Shown here piece after piece: positions 1 to 7,020 of a stretch of DNA of 42,148 nucleotides. Location of the stretch: positions 1-42,148 of IMG/VR virus record IMGVR_UViG_3300045988_085437; one strand, 5' to 3'. The position numbers and the translations under genes are program-made. The notes under the pieces are model-generated. The model did not search any database and was not told the origin of the DNA. It was given only the letters and a program-made list of their open reading frames with translations. This stretch comes from a virus. How positions within the stretch are numbered: the stretch's first letter is position 1; each line of letters opens with the position of its first letter.

Positions 1-95
1 GAGCATTTCTCAAGTGCCCCCATTTCCGCCCATAGACACCCATCGCATATCAGCGGCTCGTTCGGCGGGGTGAGGGTGGGCGCAGAATGTATCAT
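1..95 (-). CDS. 5' part of a small zinc-ribbon ORF that wraps the linearisation point (continues 42125 down to the stop at 42059)
   Basis: ATG at 95 is preceded by AGGGTAAGG. It joins in frame once the 23-nt terminal duplication is collapsed. Product: MIHSAPTLTPPNEPLICDGCLWAEMGALEKCSSCMRDKKDNYYRRPPEGEEDA (CxxC..CxxC). Confidence 0.45.
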   Translation of the reverse strand, partial: MIHSAPTLTPPNEPLICDGCLWAEMGALEKC

Positions 96-195
96 CGACC
101 TTACCCTCATTAAGCAGTCGTTAAATCCCTCTGTGTATCGTTTATTAGCTGTGCCACACTTCTTTTTTTGAAGCTGTTCCAACAGCTTGTCCGCA

Positions 196-558
196 TCAAT
201 CGCCCTTGCCATCGTTCAGCGCCTCCAATCTCTCCATCACCATCTCCACGGCCTCGTCCGTCATGGGAGCGCCGCAATGACAGCAGAATGTGCTTTCATA
301 CTCTTGTACAGCACCGCATTTAGTACATTTGCAGGAACTCGTTCCAGGGTAAGCGTCAATCCACTCACCCCTCCACACCTTCTCCACCTGCTCCCGGCTG
401 ACGGGGCGGAGGGCGGAGAGGATAGTGTCCAATACAAGCTTGAACGACACAGCCATACCAGCCGCTATAAACGAACCTTGACCCTCGTATTCATCGGTCA
501 GTTCTTTAAGGCTATCATTCAAAATTTTAGCTTTTGCGATTGCTTCTTCCAGCTTCAT
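196..558 (-). CDS. Hypothetical early protein with a C-terminal zinc ribbon (CKCTKCG..CCHCGAPM)
   Basis: ATG at 558 follows GGGAGG and makes an ATGA overlap with the upstream gene. The track ORF 196..651 was trimmed to this start. Confidence 0.7.
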   Translation of the reverse strand: MKLEEAIAKAKILNDSLKELTDEYEGQGSFIAAGMAVSFKLVLDTILSALRPVSREQVEKVWRGEWIDAYPGTSSCKCTKCGAVQEYESTFCCHCGAPMTDEAVEMVMERLEALNDGKGD

Positions 559-806
559 AGTTGGGCCTCCCTTTCCATCTTCTCCCTGATGGCTGACAGG
601 ATGAAATCCCGGTTCAGCACATACAGGTCCGTAATTCCGTGCTCTTTGCACATCTTGATGATCTCGTCCATGATGTAGTTTTTGATATCTTCTTTCCAGA
701 GGACAACCGCCTGTATCGTTGCAGAGGCCACGGTGTTTCCATCCTCGTCTGTTCTGACTTGCAAGGCTGGGTCCCCAATGTCAACATATTCTCCCGGGCT
801 CTTCAT
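555..806 (-). CDS. Hypothetical early protein (83 aa)
   Basis: ATG at 806 follows GGAGGAG, with ATGA coupling on both sides. Confidence 0.65.
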   Translation of the reverse strand: MKSPGEYVDIGDPALQVRTDEDGNTVASATIQAVVLWKEDIKNYIMDEIIKMCKEHGITDLYVLNRDFILSAIREKMEREAQL

Positions 807-1078
807 TCCAGCTCCTCCAGCATCTCCATCCCCTCCGCGCTCAGAATCGGCGCGCGAGTGTTCCATCTACCGATAGCATCCTCTTTTGCAACACACCATG
901 TTGTTGCACAAAGGCACTCACCACACACTACGCCATATTTCCCGGGCGCTTGAAGTGTTCCTTCTATCAGAATCGCACGCCCCCTGCAATGTGCACACGG
1001 CAACAGCACCCCCGCATCCGTCAACCGCCTGGCCGCTTCATGGTCGCCCAGCAGGGCGCGCTTTGTATCATCCATCAT
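803..1078 (-). CDS. Lar-family restriction-alleviation-like protein
   Basis: Motif LLPCAHCRG...GVVCGECLC...KEDAIGRWNTRAP matches the Lar pattern (CxxC..CxxC..eAi.aWNrR). The start was trimmed to the ATGATG at 1078, which makes an ATGA overlap. Confidence 0.6.
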   Translation of the reverse strand: MMDDTKRALLGDHEAARRLTDAGVLLPCAHCRGRAILIEGTLQAPGKYGVVCGECLCATTWCVAKEDAIGRWNTRAPILSAEGMEMLEELE

Positions 1079-1305
1079 GCTCTCTTCCTTTCCAGCGGGC
1101 AGCTCTCGATGGCGTATGTAGTCACCCATGTTTTCCGCCCGCCCCGGTTTCTCCCAACAACAAACGTCCGTTTCTTAGCTGTCCAGCCCGGTACTGGCTT
1201 TTCCTCACGCAGCCATGGACACTTGCTGATCGGACAGCAGCAATCCATGCAGGGGTTGGCCGAATACCGCCGGATGGGGACCAGATATTGTTCAAGTTCG
1301 CTCAC
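1075..1305 (-). CDS. Hypothetical Cys-rich protein (76 aa)
   Basis: GTG start at 1305 lies 6 nt after GGGAGG. It sits inside the translationally coupled operon. Confidence 0.55.
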   Translation of the reverse strand: MSELEQYLVPIRRYSANPCMDCCCPISKCPWLREEKPVPGWTAKKRTFVVGRNRGGRKTWVTTYAIESCPLERKRA

Positions 1306-1624
1306 GTCCTGCCTCCCATTCCCGGTACAGGGAAAACCAGTCCTCCGCCCGCATCGTTACCAGCCATTCGCAGCGGCTCCGCCGGTGGGCTACAATGGGA
1401 TATTCACAAGGAGGCGCATCATGCTTTGCCTGGGCCATGGCCGCCTCCAAATTCAGCCGCTCCACACGCTTGATTTCCTGATGGATGCCGGGCAGCCCTA
1501 CAACGTCAGAGGCGTCCCCGGTGTTCCCGCAATACTGAGCCGTGCGGCGGCAGTCATAGCCCTGCTCCCGGCAGTAGCTGGCCCATTCCAGCTCACCACG
1601 CTTGCCCTTCTGTTTGCTGTTCAT
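1292..1624 (-). CDS. PD-(D/E)xK nuclease, Holliday-junction-resolvase-like
   Basis: N-terminal KGKRGELE, then D..(x)..IHQEIK (D...ExK), as in Hjc-type or phage resolvases. ATGA overlap with the upstream gene. Confidence 0.6.
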   Translation of the reverse strand: MNSKQKGKRGELEWASYCREQGYDCRRTAQYCGNTGDASDVVGLPGIHQEIKRVERLNLEAAMAQAKHDAPPCEYPIVAHRRSRCEWLVTMRAEDWFSLYREWEAGRERT

Positions 1625-2244
1625 GGTTCCTCCTTATGCTGGTACATTTCCCGGATGTACTTCCACGTCTCGTCGTTCATGCTTTGGGCAGTAGGTTTTT
1701 CCTTCCCTTCCTGCTTCCTGCGCTTTTCCCAGGTGATTACAGCCTGTTTCCAGTCCTTCATGGGAGACTGACCGATCTTCCAGCCCTTGGAGGCGTAGAA
1801 AGCAACAAACGACTCTGGGTCTACCCCGTTGTTCCGCTCCTGACAATATGCCCTGACTTCATCGACTGTCGGAGGTGAAAAGCGTTTCCCCCTGGAAGAG
1901 GGGGTAGGGGGAGTATAACTATCGTTCTCACTCTCTTTCTCTCTCTCTACCTCACCCTCTACCTCTATCTCTCCCTCTATATTGCTTTCCGTTTGCTTCC
2001 GGTTTGCTTTCGGTTTGCTTCCGCCTCGCTTCCCGTTTGCTGCCTTTTTGCTTGCTTTGTCAAGTATCGGTTTTACAAGCAAAAAGGAAGCGGATGCCTG
2101 TCCTGTTAATGACTTGCTTTCTCCCTCGAACACATAAGTACAAATCGCCGTCACAAAGGGAAGCTGGTCCTTCTTCGGAAGCACTTTTAACGCCTCCCAG
2201 AAGCTGCGGTAAAAGGTAAATTGGTCACGTTCCAAGCAGTTCAC
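1621..2244 (-). CDS. Replisome-organizer / DnaD-like replication protein (start uncertain: GTG 2244 or TTG 2235)
   Basis: The N-terminal DQFTFYRSFWEALKVLPKKDQLPF and C-terminal TVDEVRAYCQERNNGVDPESFVAFYASKGWKIGQSPMKDWKQAVITWEKR motifs are typical of phage replication-initiation proteins. The track start at 2358 would overlap ssb by 109 nt. Confidence 0.5.
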   Translation of the reverse strand: MNCLERDQFTFYRSFWEALKVLPKKDQLPFVTAICTYVFEGESKSLTGQASASFLLVKPILDKASKKAANGKRGGSKPKANRKQTESNIEGEIEVEGEVEREKESENDSYTPPTPSSRGKRFSPPTVDEVRAYCQERNNGVDPESFVAFYASKGWKIGQSPMKDWKQAVITWEKRRKQEGKEKPTAQSMNDETWKYIREMYQHKEEP

Positions 2245-2249
2245 CCGCC

Positions 2250-2666
2250 TTAAAACGGCAGTTCGCCGTCCTCTTCGCCGATCTCGGCGAAGTCTGCGGC
2301 TGAGACATTGACGCCGCCGCTCTGGATGGGGAAGTGGGGCTCCTTTTCTGTGGGCCACACATAGTCCGCTATCAGGTCTGTATAGGTTTTGCCGTTGTAC
2401 TCCCGGCTCTCCAGCCGTCCGGCGGCGATGACCCGGTCGCCCTTCACCATAACGGACAGTTGGCGGGCCAGATGTCCCCAGCCCTTGACAGTCAGGAAAG
2501 CGGCGGTTCCATCCTTGCGGCCATAGGCGCGGACGGAGATGGAGCCGACCTCCTTGCCGTTGCTGGTGATGCGGATATCGCCGTCACAGGTGGCCTTTGC
2601 GATGACAAGGCCGGTCTTGACCTCGTTCCCATTGCGGTCGTAGTCTGTAATACCATTGATAAACAT
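2250..2666 (-). CDS. ssb: Single-stranded DNA-binding protein
   Basis: OB-fold-like sequence with an acidic C-terminal tail ending EEDGELPF (the canonical SSB tip). Confidence 0.85.
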   Translation of the reverse strand: MFINGITDYDRNGNEVKTGLVIAKATCDGDIRITSNGKEVGSISVRAYGRKDGTAAFLTVKGWGHLARQLSVMVKGDRVIAAGRLESREYNGKTYTDLIADYVWPTEKEPHFPIQSGGVNVSAADFAEIGEEDGELPF

Positions 2667-3254
2667 TTAGATACCCTCGCTTTCCACACGCTTCATGCAG
2701 TTCGCACAGAGCTGTCGGCCAAACCGACGGTTTGCATAGCTCACCATATCCTTCACATCCCAGGGCTTTCCGTCTCTCTTTTTGACGGGATAGATCAGTT
2801 CGCCGCAGTCGTCGCAGCGATATTCCTTGCGCTGTTCGGCGGCTGCCTGCTCTTTTGCAAACTCGTCCGTGTCCGCGTCCTTTGTATCATCAATGCAGAA
2901 GAGGCCGTTCAACGCGTACTTTCTGGCATAGCTTGACGCGGTGCCGGTGATCTGGCTGTCATCCATTCCTTTCTTGTCCTCGCTCTCGCGGGCATAGGCA
3001 GAGTTTGAAAGAGATGCTTCCGAAGTGGTATCCCACAGCGTAGCGGTTGCGTGGACATAGTAGCGGTCACAGATGCACTCCAATGTATCGGAGACCGTAA
3101 GGAGAAGCTGGTGTTGAGCGAGAAGAGGCTTCACAGCTTCCATAATGTCCTCACAGGACCGGTACTTATATCCGCCAAACTTGTTCATGCGGCCCTTTGG
3201 GGCTTTCAGCTCCGTTTGAACAGCAGAGACGCGGGATAAAAAATTATTTTCCAT
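2667..3254 (-). CDS. erf: Erf-family single-strand annealing recombinase with a C-terminal zinc ribbon
   Basis: Motifs KFGGYKYRSCEDIMEAVKPLL...SQITGTASSYARKYALNGLFCIDD. The ATG at 3254 makes an ATGA overlap, so the track ORF 2667..3470 has a spurious N-terminal extension. Confidence 0.85.
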   Translation of the reverse strand: MENNFLSRVSAVQTELKAPKGRMNKFGGYKYRSCEDIMEAVKPLLAQHQLLLTVSDTLECICDRYYVHATATLWDTTSEASLSNSAYARESEDKKGMDDSQITGTASSYARKYALNGLFCIDDTKDADTDEFAKEQAAAEQRKEYRCDDCGELIYPVKKRDGKPWDVKDMVSYANRRFGRQLCANCMKRVESEGI

Positions 3255-3571
3255 CAGCGAAACTCGCTCCTTTCCTTGATGCTGCGGCCGTCCAGCCACT
3301 CGTCCAGCTGGTCTTCTTCCTCTTCCCGGAGAGTGTCGGCGAAGTCCCGGAAACGGGCTAGAAGGGAGCGGCGGCAGGATTTGCAGAGGATGACCCCAGC
3401 GGGCATATAGTCTTTGCAGATGGGGCAGACGGCGGCGTCCTCGATATAGGACTGGCCGCAGACGGGACACAGCTCCTCCCGGTAGCGGTAGCCGGGGAAT
3501 ACGGTGGGGTCCGTGCCCTCCCGGACCATAGGGGCGTCAAAGTAGGCGTTACAGATTTGGCAGTGCTTCAT
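3254..3571 (-). CDS. Hypothetical multi-CxxC zinc-finger protein (105 aa)
   Basis: Four CxxC pairs. Coupled to its neighbours. Confidence 0.65.
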   Translation of the reverse strand: MKHCQICNAYFDAPMVREGTDPTVFPGYRYREELCPVCGQSYIEDAAVCPICKDYMPAGVILCKSCRRSLLARFRDFADTLREEEEDQLDEWLDGRSIKERSEFR

Positions 3572-3924
3572 GACTCGCCTCCGATCCGGAACGCATCTTC
3601 CGCGGGAATACCCATGAGATGGGCCACGCTGTCCCGGAATGGCCTGGAGGCAGCCAATCGCCCGGAGAGCATCTGGTATGCCTGGGCGTATGAGACGCCG
3701 CCCACGTCTTGAATGAAGCTCTTGACTACGCCGCCATAGTTTTCTACAATGTACTTTCGGATGACCGGATACAGCACGGACGGGGGCCGGGGTGGGATTC
3801 GGATGCAGGCCGACAGGTCATTCTTGATGGTGCAGTCCGCGTATCCGATTTCCCGGGCGATCTCCTGCCAGTTGTGGCCGTCGATCCGCATCGTGAATGC
3901 CTTGATACGTTCTTCTCTTGTCAA
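3568..3924 (-). CDS. HTH DNA-binding protein (sigma region-4 / LuxR-like N-terminus)
   Basis: TTG start follows GGAGGGAG. Contains the HTH-like segment NWQEIAREIGYADCTIKNDL. Confidence 0.55.
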   Translation of the reverse strand: MTREERIKAFTMRIDGHNWQEIAREIGYADCTIKNDLSACIRIPPRPPSVLYPVIRKYIVENYGGVVKSFIQDVGGVSYAQAYQMLSGRLAASRPFRDSVAHLMGIPAEDAFRIGGES

Positions 3925-4514
3925 ATAGCTCCCTCCTCGATGAAATAGATTGTAGCGGTACGGATTCCGGCCTGGATGGCGGCCTCGTGGCTCTCCATGC
4001 AGAGGTCGATGTGGGCGCCTTTCACGGCGCTTCCGGTATCGTCCGCCCGGTAATAGTGGAGTTCTCCGTCTCCATAGTCCACCAGGACATCAGAGCCCAA
4101 TGGGATGATGGACGGGTCCACGGCCACGGAGACGCCGGGCGTGGCCCTTCTGCCGCTGGCGGTGATGCCGTCGGACTTGCCGCAGCAGCGGGAGCAGGTG
4201 CAGTAGTGGGTGACTGTTACATCATCCAGGCGGACGGCATGGGACAGCAGCGCCGCCTCGATCAGCTCATTTTCCGCTGCCTCCTGCTCCTCTTCGGTGA
4301 GATAACAGCGGACCAGGGCCGGGGTATCGTCGCCGGGTAGGCTGCCGTCTTCCGCGGTGGGGTCTGGCTTGTGCATAGCGGGCAGTTCTGCCTCTACGGT
4401 CATAATCAGGTAGCTTCCCAACCACGCCAGCAGCAGAAGCAGGAACAGAAGATATGTAATCAGCTGCCGCCTCTGGCTCCGGCGCCGCCGCTCTTCGCGG
4501 GTCAGCTTTTTCAT
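3921..4514 (-). CDS. Membrane-anchored 3D-domain (MltA/RlpA-like double-psi barrel) protein
   Basis: N-terminal TM helix ([20 protein letters not shown]), then [19 protein letters not shown]...[12 protein letters not shown]...[17 protein letters not shown], which is typical of 3D domains. ATG at 4514 makes an ATGA overlap. Confidence 0.7.
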   Translation of the reverse strand: MKKLTREERRRRSQRRQLITYLLFLLLLLAWLGSYLIMTVEAELPAMHKPDPTAEDGSLPGDDTPALVRCYLTEEEQEAAENELIEAALLSHAVRLDDVTVTHYCTCSRCCGKSDGITASGRRATPGVSVAVDPSIIPLGSDVLVDYGDGELHYYRADDTGSAVKGAHIDLCMESHEAAIQAGIRTATIYFIEEGAI

Positions 4515-5200
4515 AGGATATGCCTCACCGCTTCTTCTCGGGTAATATAGAAATGGATGCCCGTGCTGCACTCGTTCCAGCGGTTTTCGTCAAAATCCGA
4601 AACGGAGACCACAGTTCCGGGAATGTAATGGAAGTTCTCATCTCTATCACTGACGGCGACCTGCTCCAATACATTCCCCTCTAAATCCTGAATCTCCAAA
4701 ACGGTTGCCTTTGAGCAGCGGCACTTCCGGCCTGCTGCGGAACTGCGCACAGCATCTTCGGTAATTTCCAGCTTTACAATGCACTCATGGCCGCTGGTTT
4801 TGACCTTTTTCCAGCCGACAAAAGCGCCGATTTCCGGGCAGGCAATGGGATAAAATAAATTTTTTGCCTTTTCAATGTAGTTGGCCCCGGACAGGTCGGC
4901 CCCGGACAGGTCGGCCCCGGACAGGTTGGCCCCGGGCAGGTTGGCCCAGGACAGGTCGGCCCTGAACAGGTTGGCCCTGGACAGGTCGGCCCCGGACAGG
5001 TTGGCCCCGGGCAGGTTGGCCCTGGACAGGTCGGCCCCGGACAGGTCGGCCCCGGACAGGTTGGCCCTGGACAGGTCGGCCCTGGACAGGTCGGCCCCGG
5101 ACAGGTCGGCCCCGGGCAGGTTGGCCCGTTTTCCGCCATTTTCGCCTCGTAGCCATTTAAGGTGCTTGTCCAAAATATTTTTCAACTCTTGTTTGTCCAT
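4511..5200 (-). CDS. Pentapeptide-repeat protein with a C-terminal DUF5758-like domain
   Basis: About 17 consecutive A(D/N)L(S/P)(G/R) pentapeptides, followed by a globular C-terminus ending ...[18 protein letters not shown]. Confidence 0.8.
   Translation of the reverse strand: MDKQELKNILDKHLKWLRGENGGKRANLPGADLSGADLSRADLSRANLSGADLSGADLSRANLPGANLSGADLSRANLFRADLSWANLPGANLSGADLSGADLSGANYIEKAKNLFYPIACPEIGAFVGWKKVKTSGHECIVKLEITEDAVRSSAAGRKCRCSKATVLEIQDLEGNVLEQVAVSDRDENFHYIPGTVVSVSDFDENRWNECSTGIHFYITREEAVRHIL
4881..5127. repeat. About 16.5 tandem copies of a 15-nt unit (T[CT]GGCCC[CTA]G[GA][AG]CAGG)
   Basis: Read directly from the sequence. It encodes the pentapeptide coils and keeps several frames open on both strands. 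Confidence 0.95.
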
Positions 5201-5203
5201 GCG

Positions 5204-5380
5204 TTATTCCTCCTTGTAGGTTTCCCGGAAGCTGCCTTCGGGGAAATCGAACTCCACGGTGAAATGATGGTGCCGCTCGTTGATGGAGACCACCTGGCAG
5301 GGATGCGGGCCTGTCCTTGCGGTCACAAAGGCGCTGGTGGGGATGGTGGGTTCCAGGCACAGCTTGTCTCCAATGTTCAT
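5204..5380 (-). CDS. Hypothetical protein (58 aa, below the ORF-track cutoff)
   Basis: My own translation: MNIGDKLCLEPTIPTSAFVTARTGPHPCQVVSINERHHHFTVEFDFPEGSFRETYKEE. GGAGGG lies 6 nt upstream. Confidence 0.5.
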   Translation of the reverse strand: MNIGDKLCLEPTIPTSAFVTARTGPHPCQVVSINERHHHFTVEFDFPEGSFRETYKEE

Positions 5381-5469
5381 CTGCGGCCCTCCAGTCTGTC
5401 CAGCATCCGGAAGAGGGCGTTTGTCAGGGAGATGGCCCCGGCGGTCAGAACGATGATTTGAAGGATCAT
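5377..5469 (-). CDS. Putative 30-aa single-TM peptide
   Basis: My own translation: MILQIIVLTAGAISLTNALFRMLDRLEGRR. GGAGGTG lies upstream, with ATGA overlaps at both ends. Confidence 0.4.
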   Translation of the reverse strand: MILQIIVLTAGAISLTNALFRMLDRLEGRR

Positions 5470-5666
5470 TGCGACACCTCCGAAAGACTCCGGGCCAGGG
5501 TGGCGGCGGAGATTTTGGAGCCGTTGAAGGGGAAGCGGTTCTTCAAAGTGCTGTATTTCTTGATGCCGGTGAACCGCCGGACATCCTCCAGGGACAGCAG
5601 GTGCCGCCCTTCGGTGAATTCCAGAATGTCCGCGAGGTTGTCGCGGTAGTATCTTGATTCAGACAT
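5466..5666 (-). CDS. Small HTH protein, excisionase/AlpA-like candidate
   Basis: ATG at 5666 follows AAAGGAGG. The segment LSLEDVRRFTGIKKYSTLKNRFPF resembles a Xis-type winged helix. Confidence 0.4.
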   Translation of the reverse strand: MSESRYYRDNLADILEFTEGRHLLSLEDVRRFTGIKKYSTLKNRFPFNGSKISAATLARSLSEVSQ

Positions 5667-5835
5667 TTGGGTCCTCCTTTTCTTGATGGTCGTGGTTGCT
5701 GTTCGGTTTTGACGGGCGAAGGCGCAGGGCCTCGTCAAAGGTCATGCCGTAGGCCGCTCGGTTGAGCTTGTCCATGAGCCGCTTGGTGTTGCGGGCCTGG
5801 GACTCCAGGTCTTTGATGGTGCTGTTTTCGTTCAA
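5659..5835 (-). CDS. Hypothetical protein (58 aa, TTG start)
   Basis: AAGGAGG lies 8 nt upstream of the TTG. My own translation: (M)NENSTIKDLESQARNTKRLMDKLNRAAYGMTFDEALRLRPSKPNSNHDHQEKEDPNV. It looks more protein-like than track ORF 5735..5956. Confidence 0.4.
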   Translation of the reverse strand: MNENSTIKDLESQARNTKRLMDKLNRAAYGMTFDEALRLRPSKPNSNHDHQEKEDPNV

Positions 5836-5959
5836 AGCAAATTCCTCCTTGCGATTGATTTCCGCCCGGAGGAATGGTATACTGTCCTCGCGGGCCTGTT
5901 GGCGCTTTCAATAGGTTCCGCAGCCCTCGTCGGTGGTGGTGCACTGGCGGGGGCACTTT

Positions 5960-6184
5960 TTACTCTGTTTCAAAATCCTTGCAGGGCTGGCTCAACGGCC
6001 CTCTCTGCTTGCCTTGCAGGAGGCAATACCCGGAACAGGTCGGGACCCATGTCCGGATATTCCCCCGGTTCTGCCGGAAATACTGCTCATACCACATACA
6101 GTTGATGCAGGCTTTCACATCCGCATCTACGCAGATGCTCCGGGTACGCTTGCTAATGCAGTAGTTTTCAACTTTTGTCATCAT
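5960..6184 (-). CDS. Hypothetical Cys-rich protein, first gene of the leftward early operon
   Basis: ATGATG start follows AAGGAGGG, directly downstream of a consensus promoter. Confidence 0.65.
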   Translation of the reverse strand: MMTKVENYCISKRTRSICVDADVKACINCMWYEQYFRQNRGNIRTWVPTCSGYCLLQGKQRGPLSQPCKDFETE

Positions 6185-6200
6185 AATGGCCCTCCTTGAT

Positions 6201-6248
6201 AGTATCCGTCGTGGATACTCTTTGGCTCATTATATCCAAATTGGATAT
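6201..6248. promoter_or_regulatory. Two palindromic operator candidates sharing GGATA half-sites
   Basis: AGTATCC-gtcgt-GGATACT (6201-6219) and ATATCCAA-A-TTGGATAT (6232-6248). A third half-site, GGATAC, lies at 6286-6291. Confidence 0.55.
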
Positions 6249-6257
6249 TAACGTCAA
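6229..6257 (-). promoter_or_regulatory. Leftward early promoter (TTGACG-17-TATAAT)
   Basis: The reverse complement of 6252-6257 is TTGACG and that of 6229-6234 is TATAAT, with a 17-nt spacer containing the 6232-6248 palindrome. Confidence 0.6.
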
Positions 6258-6275
6258 GGGGTCGACCAAAAAAAG

Positions 6276-6304
6276 TTGACGTTATGGATACCTTCTGATA
6301 TAGT
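6276..6304 (+). promoter_or_regulatory. Rightward promoter for the XRE gene (TTGACG-17-TATAGT)
   Basis: TTGACG at 6276-6281 and TATAGT at 6299-6304. TTGACGTTA here is the inverted copy of TAACGTCAA at 6249-6257. Confidence 0.6.
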
Positions 6305-6324
6305 TATCTTCGAGGTGATCCGCA

Positions 6325-6729
6325 TTGAATGTGAAAGAGAACGTCCACTTAAAACAATTGCGTCTAAAGTTTGGATATACACAAGAATATGTCGCTGAGA
6401 GATTAGGGGTCACAAAGGCGACTATCAGCAAATATGAAAAAGGACAGCGCAATATCAAAACAGAATATATTGAAAAACTTGCCGAATTGTATTCCGTAGA
6501 ACCAATTTATATCCTGACTGGAAAAACGTCTGAAGACTGGCGAAAAGAAATGGACGAAAATGTTGCGGCTTCGGAAAGAGAAGAAGAACAATACTGGAGA
6601 GCCATTTTGTTCTCTGGTTCTACTGGAAAGCTAGTAGAGCTTTTTGACCAACTGAACGAAGACGGGAAAAAGAAGGCATTAGAAAGAGTGAGCGAGCTGA
6701 CGGAGATTCCTAAATATCAAGCCCGTTGA
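6325..6729 (+). CDS. XRE-family HTH repressor with a helical C-terminal domain
   Basis: TTG start follows GAGGTGA. Contains LKQLRLKFGYTQEYVAERLGVTKATISKYEKG, and the C-terminus ..LNEDGKKKALERVSELTEIPKYQ is typical of Firmicute phage repressors. Confidence 0.8.
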   Translation: MNVKENVHLKQLRLKFGYTQEYVAERLGVTKATISKYEKGQRNIKTEYIEKLAELYSVEPIYILTGKTSEDWRKEMDENVAASEREEEQYWRAILFSGSTGKLVELFDQLNEDGKKKALERVSELTEIPKYQAR

Positions 6730-6916
6730 TGTCCTCTCTCAGTTTTCTTTGGTGGATACCGAATAGGTCTTCTAATTTGTCCCACGTTTCGACCCTGCCA
6801 ACTCTCTGCCCATATTCGATCCTTTTATATGCCAGTACGGTTATCCCTAAATATTCCGCCACCTGCTGCTGGGTCATGCCCTTTGCTTTCCGGGCGGCTT
6901 TCAGGTTCTCACGCAT
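6710..6916 (-). CDS. Small XRE-family HTH protein (68 aa)
   Basis: ATG at 6916 follows GGAAGGAGG. Contains LKAARKAKGMTQQQVAEYLGITVLAYKRIEYG. It overlaps the 3' end of the convergent gene by 20 nt. Confidence 0.7.
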   Translation of the reverse strand: MRENLKAARKAKGMTQQQVAEYLGITVLAYKRIEYGQRVGRVETWDKLEDLFGIHQRKLREDINGLDI

Positions 6917-7020
6917 GATGTCCTCCTTCCTAACCTCGTCAGTGTTTCCGCCACTGGCGGGGGCACTTTTTATTGCAAAAATTTTCCTGTTGGTGTAGAT
7001 TGGTATCATGGGGGGATAGT

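Noticed and set aside
171-188. A perfect 8-bp inverted repeat, AAGCTGTT-CC-AACAGCTT, next to a T7 run, which looks like a terminator.
   Set aside because: The T-run precedes the stem on the plus strand, and an A-run follows it on the transcribed minus strand. The polarity is therefore wrong for an intrinsic terminator, and the loop is only 2 nt. It may be a binding site, but there is no support for that.
886-1771. Plus-strand ORFs of 195 and 273 aa (886..1473, 950..1771).
   Set aside because: They are antisense to the coupled Lar-like, Cys-rich, resolvase and replication genes. The sequence is Pro/Arg/His-rich nonsense with no RBS.
2667-3470. Long N-terminal extensions in many track ORFs, for example 2667..3470, 1621..2358, 3921..4571, 11652..12260, 38400..38723, 39894..40520 and 8896..9831.
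   Set aside because: The extensions overlap the upstream gene, are Arg/Pro-rich, and contain an internal ATG with a strong SD site and ATGA coupling. The starts were trimmed accordingly.
4881-5127. Possible CRISPR array or satellite repeat.
   Set aside because: The units are contiguous 15-mers with no spacers, and they lie inside a coding frame.
4774-5219. Three extra ORFs across the pentapeptide region (4774..5139 -, 4872..5156 -, 4881..5219 +) encoding PTCPG-, GRPV- and DRSAP-type repeats.
   Set aside because: They are artefacts of the 15-nt tandem repeat, which keeps every frame open. Only the A(D/N)LSG frame continues into a globular domain and has an RBS (AAGGAGG) and operon coupling.
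5735-5956. A 73-aa minus-strand track ORF (MPPPVHHHRRG...).
   Set aside because: The sequence is low-complexity His/Pro/Gly/Gln with no RBS. A different frame with AAGGAGG plus a TTG start (5659..5835) gives a more protein-like product.
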